A stretch of 64,000 nucleotides of DNA from positions 2,432,001 through 2,496,000 of the forward strand of contig CP181291.1 of the NCBI GenBank assembly GCA_052279835.1, given 5' to 3'. Made by a program: the position numbers and the translations under genes. Position 1 is the stretch's first letter, and the number at the start of each line of letters is the position of its first letter. The DNA is from Microcoleus sp. GTDB lineage: Bacteria; Cyanobacteriota; Cyanobacteriia; Cyanobacteriales; Microcoleaceae. This document shows positions 32,623 through 42,124 of this stretch, in pieces. Under the pieces are notes generated by a model, which worked only from the letters and a program-made list of their open reading frames with translations, was not told the DNA's origin and did not search any database.

Positions 32623-34011
32623 CTATTTCAGTACAATCCATTGAACGATACTGAAAATTCCGGCACCCAAACCAGCGGCGATCGGAATTGTGACTAACCA
32701 AGCCGAACCAATAGACCGCAAAGTTTGCCAACGTACAGATTGCCAACTATTGACAAGTCCCACTCCGACAACTGCACCCACTAAAGCATGGGAAGTGGAA
32801 ACAGGCAACCCCAAGCGGGATGCTAACAAGACAGTAGCAGCGGTGGATAATTCTGCGCAAAATCCGCCACTTGGTTGCAGTTGGATGATGCCCTCCCCCA
32901 CTGTGGCAATCACATTTTCGCCCCAAAGGGCCAAACCGATGACTATTCCGACACCTCCGATGACTAAAATCCACAGGGGAACACTGAAATCATTCAGAGG
33001 AAAGGAACCTGTGCGACGGATATAGGCGATCGCAGCTAAGGGCGCAACGGCATTACCTACATCATTGGAACCGTGGGCAAAGGCCACAAAGCAGGCACTG
33101 ATGGCTTGAAATCGGGCCATTTGTTGCTCTATGGGAGATAGGGAAATGGTGGGAGTGGGAGAGTTTGTGGCTATTCCGTCTTCCTTGTTTGTACCCCGAT
33201 CGAAGTCGAAGGGCTTTCTTCCTTCTTGATTCCCCTCAAGGGGGGTTGCTGCTGATGCTAATTTTTGCCAGCTATTTTGGGTCAAGGCCATAGTTGCGAT
33301 CGCCCCAAGGCCAATCATCACATCCTGTACTGGAAGATTCCAGCCAAATCTGTCGTGGATTTGGGCCAAAATTCCTGTCTGCACAAAGGCCACATCAACA
33401 ACTGAGGGCAATACAATGACCCCAAATATGCTCAGCATTGCTGTACTCAGCCAAGGTATCCATTCGCGCATTCGATCCAGAGGGTCGGGTCGATCGAGAA
33501 TCGAATACTTGACTAAACTGTAAAATATGGCGGCTAAAGCACCACTGGCGAATGGTGTCGCCAGCCAAGTTAGGGAAATAGTCCCGATAGTTACCCAGTC
33601 AACAGCACCAATGCCCGCAGCTACCCAGCTAAAACCGGCGATCGCACCTACAACCGCATGAGATGAAGAAACTGGTAAACCCAGACGGGTAGCGATTTGC
33701 AGCCATAAACCACAAGCTGCTAGCACTGACACCATCCCGATTAAAAATACTTGGGGCTCCTTGGCAAATACTTCTGGATTTACGACTCCCGTTGCCAGAG
33801 TTTCGGAAACTCCTTTGCCGAAAAGCACCGCACCTGTAAATTCCAGTATGCCAGCTACAATTATTGCCTGCCTGAGCGTTAGGGCTTTTGAGCCTACCGA
33901 TGTTCCCATGGAGTTAGCGACATCGTTAGCACCCAAATTAGCCGCGACGTACAAAGCTAGTGCTGCGATCGCCAACAGGGGTATAATTTCGCCCACAGAA
34001 ATATTTAACAT
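32623..34011 (-). CDS. PiT-family inorganic phosphate transporter
   Basis: GANDVAN, PVSSSH, HGSNDVGN, PVSTSH; start moved to ATG 34011 to avoid overlapping rplS. Confidence 0.92.
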   Translation of the reverse strand: MLNISVGEIIPLLAIAALALYVAANLGANDVANSMGTSVGSKALTLRQAIIVAGILEFTGAVLFGKGVSETLATGVVNPEVFAKEPQVFLIGMVSVLAACGLWLQIATRLGLPVSSSHAVVGAIAGFSWVAAGIGAVDWVTIGTISLTWLATPFASGALAAIFYSLVKYSILDRPDPLDRMREWIPWLSTAMLSIFGVIVLPSVVDVAFVQTGILAQIHDRFGWNLPVQDVMIGLGAIATMALTQNSWQKLASAATPLEGNQEGRKPFDFDRGTNKEDGIATNSPTPTISLSPIEQQMARFQAISACFVAFAHGSNDVGNAVAPLAAIAYIRRTGSFPLNDFSVPLWILVIGGVGIVIGLALWGENVIATVGEGIIQLQPSGGFCAELSTAATVLLASRLGLPVSTSHALVGAVVGVGLVNSWQSVRWQTLRSIGSAWLVTIPIAAGLGAGIFSIVQWIVLK

Positions 34012-34078
34012 AAAGTTTTTTTGACATAAAACTGGCAGTTCGATATATGATAAGGGATTGTGAGTTTTGGAAAATCTT

Positions 34079-34462
34079 ATGAAAGGCGCAGAAATAATCC
34101 GCTCCCTAGAGACGGAAGAAATAGATAGAGTCAAATCAGAACTCAGCAAAGTGCTCCCCGAAATTTACGTCGGCGACACAGTGCGAGTCGGGGTGAAAAT
34201 TAAAGAGGGCAATAAAGAGCGGGTTCAGCCCTACGAAGGCACTGTGATTGCCATGCGTAACGGCGGAATTAATGAAACTATTACTGTGCGCCGTGTATTT
34301 CAGGGTGTGGGTGTAGAACGGGTGTTTTTGATTCACTCGCCCCGGATTGCGACGATCCAAGTGATGCGACGCGGGAAAGTCCGCAGAGCCAAGCTGTACT
34401 ACCTGCGCGATCGGGTGGGCAAAGCTACCCGCGTCAAACAGCGGTTCGATCGCTCTCTTTAG
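34079..34462 (+). CDS. rplS: 50S ribosomal protein L19
   Basis: [36 protein letters not shown]. Confidence 0.97.
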   Translation: MKGAEIIRSLETEEIDRVKSELSKVLPEIYVGDTVRVGVKIKEGNKERVQPYEGTVIAMRNGGINETITVRRVFQGVGVERVFLIHSPRIATIQVMRRGKVRRAKLYYLRDRVGKATRVKQRFDRSL

Positions 34463-34593
34463 GAATGCACTCAGGCTATTCCCCATTCAGAAATTGGAAA
34501 TTGCTAAATTTTAAAAAAAAGTTTCCAATTTACGAGCGCACTGTGTTAGAATAAAATTCTAGAGGTTAAGCAAATATTCGCAACCTCACCTGT

Positions 34594-34666
34594 GCGCTCT
34601 TAGTTCAGTTGGTAGAACGCAGGTCTCCAAAACCTGATGTCGGGGGTTCAAGTCCTCCAGGGCGCG
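34594..34666 (+). tRNA. tRNA-Trp(CCA)
   Basis: Acceptor GCGCTCT/AGGGCGC, anticodon arm CAGGT-CTCCAAA-ACCTG, GGTTCAAGTCC; usual position upstream of secE. Confidence 0.97.
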
Positions 34667-34797
34667 CTGAATCACCAAAACTTAAATTCTGCCCGAAAGC
34701 GCCCGGATTATTAGCTGGTAACAGCGGAAATCTCAAGCTTTTGGGTAGAATTAATTTTTGTGGGCGGTTCGCAAAAATCAGGACTTGCAGCAATGCA

Positions 34798-34927
34798 AAT
34801 AGGGTAGGGCAGACCCGAATTAACGCTTGGGGAGAATCCCACGTCTAGTCTAGATGACGGCAGGAATCTAGGTTAAGTGGTTTCGTTGAACCAAGAATCC
34901 CCGCGCCTGATTGTCGGGGAATGTCAA
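34798..34927 (+). mobile_element. Orphan IS200/IS605 right end: 3' tail of tnpB plus omegaRNA/reRNA scaffold
   Basis: GGTAGGGCAGACCCGAATTAACGCTTGGGGAGA (translates VGQTRINAWGE, like TnpB C-termini) ... GTTGAACCAAGAA; subterminal hairpin TCCCCG/CGGGGA; terminal TGTCAA; no tnpA or tnpB body. Confidence 0.8.
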
Positions 34928-35079
34928 GCTCAGATAGATTTGGCTTGTCAAGTGGTTGCTTTAGATTTGAGATGGAAATTGGGCTAAGTGGTTAGTGTCA
35001 AAAAATCTGAGACCCGATCGCCACTGAGACAATCTAAAATCTAAAATCTAAAATCTGAAATCGCAAGGGGGATTCAATT

Positions 35080-35313
35080 GTGGCAAAAAAAGACGAAGCT
35101 CAAGAAACTCAAGAAATAACAGCGCCTGGGTTTGACCCTGCGGGTTTTTTTAAGGAAACGAGAGAAGAACTCGATAAGGTGGTTTGGCCGAGTCGCCAGC
35201 AGCTAATCAGCGAGTCTTTGGCAGTGCTTTTGATGGTAATCCTCTCAGCAAGCCTGATCTACTTGGTGGATAACTTCTTTAACTGGGGCGCAGCAAAGGT
35301 GTTTGGACCATGA
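35080..35313 (+). CDS. secE: Preprotein translocase subunit SecE
   Basis: ELDKVVWPSR plus one TM helix; GTG start. Confidence 0.95.
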   Translation: MAKKDEAQETQEITAPGFDPAGFFKETREELDKVVWPSRQQLISESLAVLLMVILSASLIYLVDNFFNWGAAKVFGP

Positions 35314-35948
35314 CTTTTGCATCAGAAGAATCTGAATATTCCACAGAAACCACCGCAGAAAAAGGCTCGCCAGAGGTTCCGGCGATCGTGGCTCGCTGGT
35401 ATGCGGTTCAGGTTGCTTCCGGCTGCGAAAAGCGGGTGAAGGCAAACTTACAGCAGCGGATTCAAACTTTGGATGTTGCCGATCGCATTGTTCAAGTGGA
35501 AATTCCGCAAACTCCGGCGATCAAAGTCGGTAAAGACGGTTCCAGACGGCAGTCAGACGAAAAAATCTTTCCCGGCTATGTACTCATCCGTATGTTTATG
35601 GACGAGGATACGTGGCAGGTGATCAAAAATACCCCGAACGTAATTAACTTTGTCGGGGCAGAACAAAAACGCCGCTACGGGCGCGGCAGGGGTCACGTCA
35701 AACCGCTACCTCTGAGTCACTCAGAAGTAGAACGGATCTTCAGAAATGCTCAGGAATCAGAACCAGTTGTCAAAGTATCGATGGCAACAGGAGACCACGT
35801 TGTGGTACTTTCCGGGCCATTTAAGGATTTTGAAGGTGATGTGATTGAAGTTAGCCCGGAACGGAACAAGCTCAAAGTTTTACTCTCGATTTTTGGGCGC
35901 GATACGCCTGTAGAATTAGAGTTCAATCAGGTTCAGAAACAGAACTAA
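35310..35948 (+). CDS. nusG: Transcription termination/antitermination factor NusG
   Basis: WYAVQVASGCE, FPGYVL, KOW motif GPFKDFEG, IFGRDTPVEL. Confidence 0.97.
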   Translation: MTFASEESEYSTETTAEKGSPEVPAIVARWYAVQVASGCEKRVKANLQQRIQTLDVADRIVQVEIPQTPAIKVGKDGSRRQSDEKIFPGYVLIRMFMDEDTWQVIKNTPNVINFVGAEQKRRYGRGRGHVKPLPLSHSEVERIFRNAQESEPVVKVSMATGDHVVVLSGPFKDFEGDVIEVSPERNKLKVLLSIFGRDTPVELEFNQVQKQN

Positions 35949-35951
35949 CTA

Positions 35952-36377
35952 ATGGCAAAGAAAGTTGTTGCAGTAATTAAGTTGGCGATTACGGCGGGAA
36001 AAGCCAACCCAGCTCCTCCCATCGGCCCGGCCTTGGGTCAGCATGGCGTCAATATCATGATGTTTTGCAAGGAGTACAATGCTAGAACCGCAGACCAAGC
36101 GGGTCTAGTGGTTCCAGTAGAAATTTCGGTTTTTGAAGACCGCAGTTTTACGTTTATTCTCAAAACCCCGCCGGCGTCGGTTTTGATTCAAAAAGCGGCT
36201 GGGATTGCAAAAGGTTCGGGAGAACCTAATCGCAAGCAAGTAGGCAAGATTACCCAAGCTCAACTGCGAGAAATTGCGGAAACAAAAATGCCTGACCTTA
36301 ATGCTAATGATGTTGAGGCGGCCATGAAAATTGTGGCTGGAACGGCTAAGAATATGGGCGTGGCGATCGCGGATTGA
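35952..36377 (+). CDS. rplK: 50S ribosomal protein L11
   Basis: [18 protein letters not shown]. Confidence 0.98.
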   Translation: MAKKVVAVIKLAITAGKANPAPPIGPALGQHGVNIMMFCKEYNARTADQAGLVVPVEISVFEDRSFTFILKTPPASVLIQKAAGIAKGSGEPNRKQVGKITQAQLREIAETKMPDLNANDVEAAMKIVAGTAKNMGVAIAD

Positions 36378-36431
36378 AGGAAGAAGGAAGAAGGAAGAAG
36401 GAAGAAGGAAGAAGGAAGAAGGAAGAAGGAA
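36376..36431 (+). repeat. Heptamer tandem repeat (GAAGGAA)x8
   Basis: Eight perfect copies starting within the rplK stop codon. Confidence 0.95.
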
Positions 36432-36682
36432 GAGAGAAAATTTTTTTCTCAGTCGGAATTCTTAATTTCTAGTCCAAGTTCCAAATCTCTAATCCAAAAT
36501 TCCTGATTTTGAATTTCAAATCTTCAATCTAAAATCCCAAATCACAAGTCCTAACTCGATTCAGGGGGAGAAGCAAAGCTTCGCTAGGAATCGCAAATTT
36601 TTTAGATGTGAAATGACCGAAATAGTTCAATTCTGCCATCTAAAATCTCAAATCTACAATCGACTAACCCCAAAAAATCAAA

Positions 36683-37396
36683 ATGGTCAAGAAAGTATCG
36701 CGAAGACTGCAAGAACTGCAAAAGAAAGTTGAAGAAAGAGCCTATCTACCACTAGAAGCTCTGGAACTTTTGAAAGAAACAGCTACAGCCAAGTTTGCTG
36801 AGTCGGCTGAAGCTCACATCCGTCTAGGAATTGACCCAAAATATACTGACCAGCAGTTGCGGACAACTGTGTCGTTACCCAAAGGAACTGGTCAAGTAGT
36901 CAGAGTTGCGGTGATTGCTAAGGGCGAAAAAGTTAAAGAAGCCCTGAACGCTGGTGCCGATATTGCTGGTTCTGAAGAGTTGATTGATGAAATTCAGAAA
37001 GGCATGATGGATTTTGATTGCCTGATTGCGACTCCAGACGTGATGCCCTTGGTGGCAAAATTGGGTCGATTGCTTGGCCCTCGCGGTTTGATGCCTTCTC
37101 CCAAAGGCGGCACGGTGACGGCTGACGTTGCTCAGGCGATCAACGAGTTCAAAGGTGGTAAGATGGAATTCCGTGCCGATAAAACCGGCATCGTTCATGT
37201 TATGTTTGGCAAGGCTGCTTTTTCAGCAGAAGATTTGCTGGTTAACCTTCATGCTTTGCAAGAAACTGTTGACCGCAACCGTCCTTCTGGTGCTAAAGGT
37301 CGCTACTGGCGGAGTTTGTACGTGTCCGCAACCATGGGCCCGTCGATCGAAGTCGATATCAGCGCCTTGCGTGATACTAAACTTGATGCTGGCTAG
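36683..37396 (+). CDS. rplA: 50S ribosomal protein L1
   Basis: [30 protein letters not shown]. Confidence 0.98.
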   Translation: MVKKVSRRLQELQKKVEERAYLPLEALELLKETATAKFAESAEAHIRLGIDPKYTDQQLRTTVSLPKGTGQVVRVAVIAKGEKVKEALNAGADIAGSEELIDEIQKGMMDFDCLIATPDVMPLVAKLGRLLGPRGLMPSPKGGTVTADVAQAINEFKGGKMEFRADKTGIVHVMFGKAAFSAEDLLVNLHALQETVDRNRPSGAKGRYWRSLYVSATMGPSIEVDISALRDTKLDAG

Positions 37397-37446
37397 AAAG
37401 AATACGGATTCCTGTCTTCTGGTTAAGCCTAATCTAAAATCAATAA

Positions 37447-37595
37447 GCTGAAGACCGCAGGTGCAGATCGCGCTTAATTTCCTGCCGAGGCTGAAGAACT
37501 AAAAACTCAGGATAGAAAGATTTAAAAGTGACTATTTTTAATTCTTTATTCTTAATTTTTAATTCTCTGCCCCGGCTCCCAGGTCGGGGTTTTTG
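37447..37595 (+). promoter_or_regulatory. L10 leader (autoregulatory RNA) with attenuator hairpin
   Basis: GAAGACCGCAGG...TTAATTTCCTGCCGAGG upstream of rplJ, followed by GCCCCGGC/GTCGGGGT and a T-run. Confidence 0.8.
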
Positions 37596-37636
37596 ATTGT
37601 CAGTTTTCGATCATCCTTAAAGGAGGTGAAATAAGT

Positions 37637-38212
37637 ATGGGCAAAAGTTTAGCAGTAAAAAATGAGATTATTGCAGACCTCAAGCAAACCTTGAGCGAAT
37701 CTCAACTGGTAATCGCGATCGACTACAAAGGTTTAACTGTGGCTGAAATCACAGATTTGCGTCGGCGTTTGCGTCCGAAAGGCAGCAGTTGCCAAGTGGC
37801 AAAAAACACGCTGATGCGAATTGCGGTTGAAGGCGACAAAACCTGGCAGCCGATGCAGGAATTGCTGACTGGTACGTCAGCGTTTCTGTTCGTGCAAGAA
37901 GATATCGGTGGCGCGATTAAAGCTTACCAAGAATTCCAAAAAGTCTCGAAAAAGACTGAACTTCGCGGCGGCGTGATGGAAGGACGGGTACTGAAAGAAG
38001 CTGATGTTAAGGCATTAGCCGATTTGCCATCGAAAGAACAACTCATGGCTCAAATTGCTGGTGCTCTCAACGGTGTGGCTACCAAGCTGGCTGTGGGTAT
38101 CAATCAAGTTCCTACTTCGATCGCTCGCGGTCTCAAAGCTTATGCTGAAAAAGACGGCGATTCAGCAGGATCTGAAAATAACGGCAGTTCCACAGAAAGC
38201 GAAGCTGCTTAA
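37637..38212 (+). CDS. rplJ: 50S ribosomal protein L10
   Basis: AGGAGGTG RBS; DYKGLTVAEITDLR, VAKNTL, LPSKEQL. Confidence 0.97.
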   Translation: MGKSLAVKNEIIADLKQTLSESQLVIAIDYKGLTVAEITDLRRRLRPKGSSCQVAKNTLMRIAVEGDKTWQPMQELLTGTSAFLFVQEDIGGAIKAYQEFQKVSKKTELRGGVMEGRVLKEADVKALADLPSKEQLMAQIAGALNGVATKLAVGINQVPTSIARGLKAYAEKDGDSAGSENNGSSTESEAA

Positions 38213-38263
38213 TTAGTTGTTAGTTGTGAATTGTGAATTGCCAATTGTGAGTTGTTAAAAACA

Positions 38264-38326
38264 AATTACCAATTACCAATTACCAATTACCAATTACCAA
38301 TTACCAATTACCAATTACCAATTACC
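38264..38326 (+). repeat. Heptamer tandem repeat (AATTACC)x9 (STRR-type)
   Basis: Nine perfect copies between rplJ and rplL. Confidence 0.95.
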
Positions 38327-38353
38327 AATCAAATCGAATTAGGAGTTCAACAA

Positions 38354-38746
38354 ATGTCTACTGCAACTGATGAAATCTTGGAAAAACTTAAGTCTTTGAC
38401 TTTGCTCGAAGCATCTGAGTTGGTGAAGCAAATCGAAGAAGCTTTCGGCGTGAGCGCTGCTGCTCCTGTCGGCGGCATGATGATGATGCCTGGTATGGGC
38501 GGTGGAGCTGCTGCTGAAGAAGTAGAAGAGCAAACCGAGTTTACTGTCATGTTGGAAGAAGTTCCTGCTGACAAGAAAATTGCCATCCTCAAGGAAGTCC
38601 GCGCGATTACCGGTTTGGGCTTGAAAGAAGCGAAAGACTTGGTAGAAGCCGCACCGAAAGCAGTTAAGGAAGCTATTGCTAAGGAAGCTGCTGAAGAAAT
38701 GAAGAAACAGCTTGAAGCTGTGGGCGCAAAGGTATCTGTCAAATAG
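38354..38746 (+). CDS. rplL: 50S ribosomal protein L7/L12
   Basis: AGGAG RBS at 38341, start [32 protein letters not shown]. Confidence 0.97.
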   Translation: MSTATDEILEKLKSLTLLEASELVKQIEEAFGVSAAAPVGGMMMMPGMGGGAAAEEVEEQTEFTVMLEEVPADKKIAILKEVRAITGLGLKEAKDLVEAAPKAVKEAIAKEAAEEMKKQLEAVGAKVSVK

Positions 38747-38788
38747 TAATAGAGTATAGCTGACAGGTTTAAACCTGTCGCTCTCAGA

Positions 38789-38822
38789 CCTCAGTCTTGA
38801 CATCAAGACTGAGGCTTTTTTC
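38789..38822 (+). terminator. Intrinsic terminator of the rpl operon
   Basis: CCTCAGTCTTGA-ca-TCAAGACTGAGG then CTTTTTTT; a further palindrome at 38762-38779. Confidence 0.85.
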
Positions 38823-38860
38823 TGAATGACAATAGTCACCGAGTCGCTTTTTTGCCGTTT

Positions 38861-38966
38861 ATATTGTTGACCGTTGCATGGTCATGATTTAACCGCAGAG
38901 AACACAGAGGACACAGAGGGAGAGAACAGAGAGATGAATAATTCAGATGAAGAGAGGATTTGATAT
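38861..38966. repeat. Dispersed repeat copy (AACCGCAGAG/ACACAGAG family)
   Basis: TATTGTTGACCGTTGCAT...GAGAGATGAATAATT.AGATGAAGAGAGGATTTGATAT; ends shared with 47949-48056. Confidence 0.8.
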
Positions 38967-40294
38967 TATTGAGCATGGACAAGTTCACCCATAACATAGG
39001 TTGCTACAATTGTTCGGTCGTCGCCTAAGACGATCGTACTGAATAGCTGCTCCCCTAATTCTTCTATGGTGATTGGTGTCATCTGCTGATTGTTTTGCTC
39101 GTTTCTAAATGCCATAACTGGAGTTGCTCGTGGATTGAGAATCACAAAGTCTGCTTCTTTACCTACATCAAAGTTGCCGATTTTATCTTCCAGCTTTAGC
39201 GCTCTTGCTCCACCGAGTGTGGCTAGGAACATGGCTTGAAACGGTGAAAGCTTTTGCTGCTGAAGTTGAGCTACTTTGTAAGCTTCACTGGCAGTTTGCA
39301 ACAATGAAAAACTGGTTCCAGCTCCGACATCGGTGGCTAAACCAAGCTTAATTGGTGCGTGCTTGGCGGTTGCTTGCTCGATATTAAACAATCCGCTGCC
39401 CAAGAACAAATTAGAAGTTGGACAGAATGCAATCGCGGCTTTTGCCTGAGCCAGTCGATCGAATTCAGCATCGGTTAATTGAACACAATGGGCAAAGATG
39501 GAGCGCTCTCCCACCAAGCCAAATCGATCGTAAACATCCAGATAGCCCTGACTGTCTGGAAACAGTTGTTGCACCCATTCCACTTCCTTCATGTTCTCAG
39601 AGAGGTGCGTATGCAAATAGGTGTCTGGAAATTCGCTTAAAAGCTGGCGGGCGTAGGTTAGTTGTTGGGGGGTTGAAGTTGGTGCAAATCGGGGCGTGAC
39701 AGCATAGAGCAAGCGATTTTTGCCGTGCCATTTTTCGATGAGCGCTCTGCTCTGGTAGTAAGACGACTCGGCTGTATCACAGAGAAAATCGGGAGCATGG
39801 CGATCCATCATCACCTTACCTACGATCGTGCGGAGGTTTCTGCGATCGCATTCCTCAAACAATGAATCTACTGATTCTGGAAATACAGCTCCTAGTACAA
39901 CGGCAGTTGTCGTACCATTGCGTAATAATTGGTCGATAAAAATTGGCGCCACGCGATCGCAATAAGCTTTATCTTTGAATTTATGCTCGGTGGGAAAAAT
40001 ATATTTCTCTAGCCATTCTAAGAGTTGTTCTCCATAGGCCCCAATAATTCCAGTTTGAGGAAAATGAATATGTAGATCGATGAATCCAGGCAAGAGGAGA
40101 CGATCGGGATAAGACTCAATGGCAATCCCAACATACTGCTCTTTTAGTAACTCATAATCACCAAGCTCTTTGACCTTGCCCTGTTCTAAAACCAGTAATC
40201 CGTCTGGAATATAGCGAACACTCTCCGATTCAGACACATAAAAAGGATCGTCAACAAAATCTAAAATTGCACTGCGAAACGCTTTCAAAGTCAT
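38966..40294 (-). CDS. guaD: Guanine deaminase
   Basis: PGFIDLHIHFPQ, TPRFAPT, HTHLSEN, CPTSNLFLGSG, ATDVGAGT; ATGA overlap with the permease stop. Confidence 0.93.
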   Translation of the reverse strand: MTLKAFRSAILDFVDDPFYVSESESVRYIPDGLLVLEQGKVKELGDYELLKEQYVGIAIESYPDRLLLPGFIDLHIHFPQTGIIGAYGEQLLEWLEKYIFPTEHKFKDKAYCDRVAPIFIDQLLRNGTTTAVVLGAVFPESVDSLFEECDRRNLRTIVGKVMMDRHAPDFLCDTAESSYYQSRALIEKWHGKNRLLYAVTPRFAPTSTPQQLTYARQLLSEFPDTYLHTHLSENMKEVEWVQQLFPDSQGYLDVYDRFGLVGERSIFAHCVQLTDAEFDRLAQAKAAIAFCPTSNLFLGSGLFNIEQATAKHAPIKLGLATDVGAGTSFSLLQTASEAYKVAQLQQQKLSPFQAMFLATLGGARALKLEDKIGNFDVGKEADFVILNPRATPVMAFRNEQNNQQMTPITIEELGEQLFSTIVLGDDRTIVATYVMGELVHAQ

Positions 40295-41709
40295 CGATGA
40301 AACCTCACTGCCATAAAGATGAATCGAGCAATGAAGATAGCAGCAATGATCCAAGTACCTCTAGGAACTTGATGAGCTTTCCCTTGCATCAATTTCACCA
40401 GCGGATAAGCAATGAAACCAAAGGCTAACCCTTCAGCGATTGAGTAGGTTAGCGGAATCATAAAAATGGTCAGAAACGCCGGAATTACCTCAGCCATGTC
40501 ATCCCAGTCAAGTTCCCTCACTTCTGCCAGCATCATTGCCCCAACAATCACCAATGTCGGAGTTGTAGCAAACGCTGGAATAGCTTGAATCACCGGAATG
40601 AAGAACAGCGCTACTAGAAATAATGCACTAATCACCAATGCCGTAAATCCGGTGCGTCCACCTTCTGCAACACCCGCAACCGATTCAACATAGGCAGTGA
40701 CGCTAGAAGTGCCAAACAGTGGTCCGACTGTTGTGCCAATCGCATCTGCCATCAGCGCTTGATTGGCTCTGGGCAGTTGCCCATCCGTGGTAATATAGCC
40801 AGCTCGCATCCCTACACCCGTGAGAGTGCCAATAGTGTCAAAAATATCGACAAACAAGAACACTAACAACACTGCAATCCAATCAACAAAGTTTTGAGCA
40901 TTCAGATTCTGCAATCCTATAATTGCTTGCCCAAACAGATCCGTTGGCATTGTAGGCATTGCAAACAGTCCAGTTGGAGGGGGTGAAACATGGAGCACCC
41001 AAGCCAAGATAGCGGTGCTGGCAATCCCCAACAGCAATGCACCTTTGACTTTTCGCACGACTAACCCTGCCGTGATCAGAATCCCGATGCTTGCGAGCAA
41101 AGTATTTGGCTCTGCAAAGCTGCCGAAAGCAGTCTTCGTGGCTTCGTTGCTCACAATCAGCCCTGCCCCACCTTTAGTAACATCGCCCGACAAACCGATG
41201 TAGGCGATAAACAATCCAATTCCACCGGCAGTTGCGTGTTTAATTGAGGACGGAATTGCTTGAATCAATAAGCGCCGCACATCAGTAAAAGTCAATGCAA
41301 TAAAAATTAAACCCTGAACGAATACACAGGAGAGCGCTAGCCGCCAGTCAATCTTCAAGCCCAATACTACAGAAAAGGCAAAAAAGGCATTTGTTCCCAT
41401 ACCGGGTGCCAGTCCAAAGGGATAGTTGGCAAAAACCGCCATGCAAAAGGTAGAGATTGCTGAGGCAATGGCGGTGGCTACGGCTAATTGAGAAAATAAA
41501 TCACCGGATTTTTCCAGAAAAATGGCGTTTGAGAGAATGATCGGATTCACAACCAGGATATATCCCATGGTCATGAAGGTGGTGACACCAGCCAAAATTT
41601 CTGTTCGGAAATTAGTGCGGTAGAAATTAAACTTAAAGTAATTAGCAAGCTTTGCTTGCCAACCTTTATATACGTATGGCGGCCGCACTTCAACTTCGGT
41701 TTTGCTCAT
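40291..41709 (-). CDS. NCS2/AzgA-type purine permease
   Basis: TEILAGVTTFMTMGYI, APGMG, FDTIGT, YVESVAGVAEGGRTG. Confidence 0.92.
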   Translation of the reverse strand: MSKTEVEVRPPYVYKGWQAKLANYFKFNFYRTNFRTEILAGVTTFMTMGYILVVNPIILSNAIFLEKSGDLFSQLAVATAIASAISTFCMAVFANYPFGLAPGMGTNAFFAFSVVLGLKIDWRLALSCVFVQGLIFIALTFTDVRRLLIQAIPSSIKHATAGGIGLFIAYIGLSGDVTKGGAGLIVSNEATKTAFGSFAEPNTLLASIGILITAGLVVRKVKGALLLGIASTAILAWVLHVSPPPTGLFAMPTMPTDLFGQAIIGLQNLNAQNFVDWIAVLLVFLFVDIFDTIGTLTGVGMRAGYITTDGQLPRANQALMADAIGTTVGPLFGTSSVTAYVESVAGVAEGGRTGFTALVISALFLVALFFIPVIQAIPAFATTPTLVIVGAMMLAEVRELDWDDMAEVIPAFLTIFMIPLTYSIAEGLAFGFIAYPLVKLMQGKAHQVPRGTWIIAAIFIARFIFMAVRFHR

Positions 41710-41774
41710 ATAATGCTCCTCAACAATAGTTTGAACATCGAGTAGTGTGAATAAATGATGGACTTAATCTATGA

Positions 41775-41816
41775 AATCTAGAGGATATACTTTGGGTTTT
41801 CTGTATTGAATTAAAC
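41775..41816 (-). promoter_or_regulatory. Putative NtcA-activated (class II) promoter of the permease-guaD operon
   Basis: Minus strand GTT-taattcaa-TAC, exactly 22 nt, then TAGATT (TAN3T); one mismatch to GTA-N8-TAC. Confidence 0.55.
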
Positions 41817-41871
41817 CGTATTTGTTAGCAAATGTTAGTAAAAAACTATCGAAAGAGGCGATTTTGATTGA

Positions 41872-41998
41872 CCAGGCGTTGGTGGCTGGGGAGGTTAATA
41901 TTTTTGTCTGAATCAAAAAGCGATCGCCCATTCAAGACAATACGCCCTGTGGTAGGCGTATCAACACCAGCAATACAGCGAAGAGTCATGCTTTATCC
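41872..41998 (-). pseudogene. Fragment of a ModC-like ABC transporter ATPase
   Basis: Minus frame G*SMTLRCIAGVDTPTTGRIVLNGRSLFDSDKNINLPSHQR; the Walker A Lys codon is TAA and both ends are missing. Confidence 0.75.
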
Positions 41999-42124
41999 GT
42001 ATTTATTTTTGTCGATTGAGCCTTGGCTAGCTGGGGCGAAACTATATTGAAAACACCAGATAGTTTGAGGATGCTCAGGAGACTGCTGAAAAAAGCAATT
42101 ACAGGTTTTGTTGTCATTAATAGA

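Noticed and set aside
34605..34848. ORFs 34605-34793 and 34609-34848
   Set aside because: They overlap tRNA-Trp; only the last codons of the + frame are informative, as a tnpB tail remnant.
38252..38353. N-terminal NYQLPIT extension of L7/L12
   Set aside because: It is the translation of the (AATTACC)9 repeat; the real start is ATG 38354 after AGGAG.
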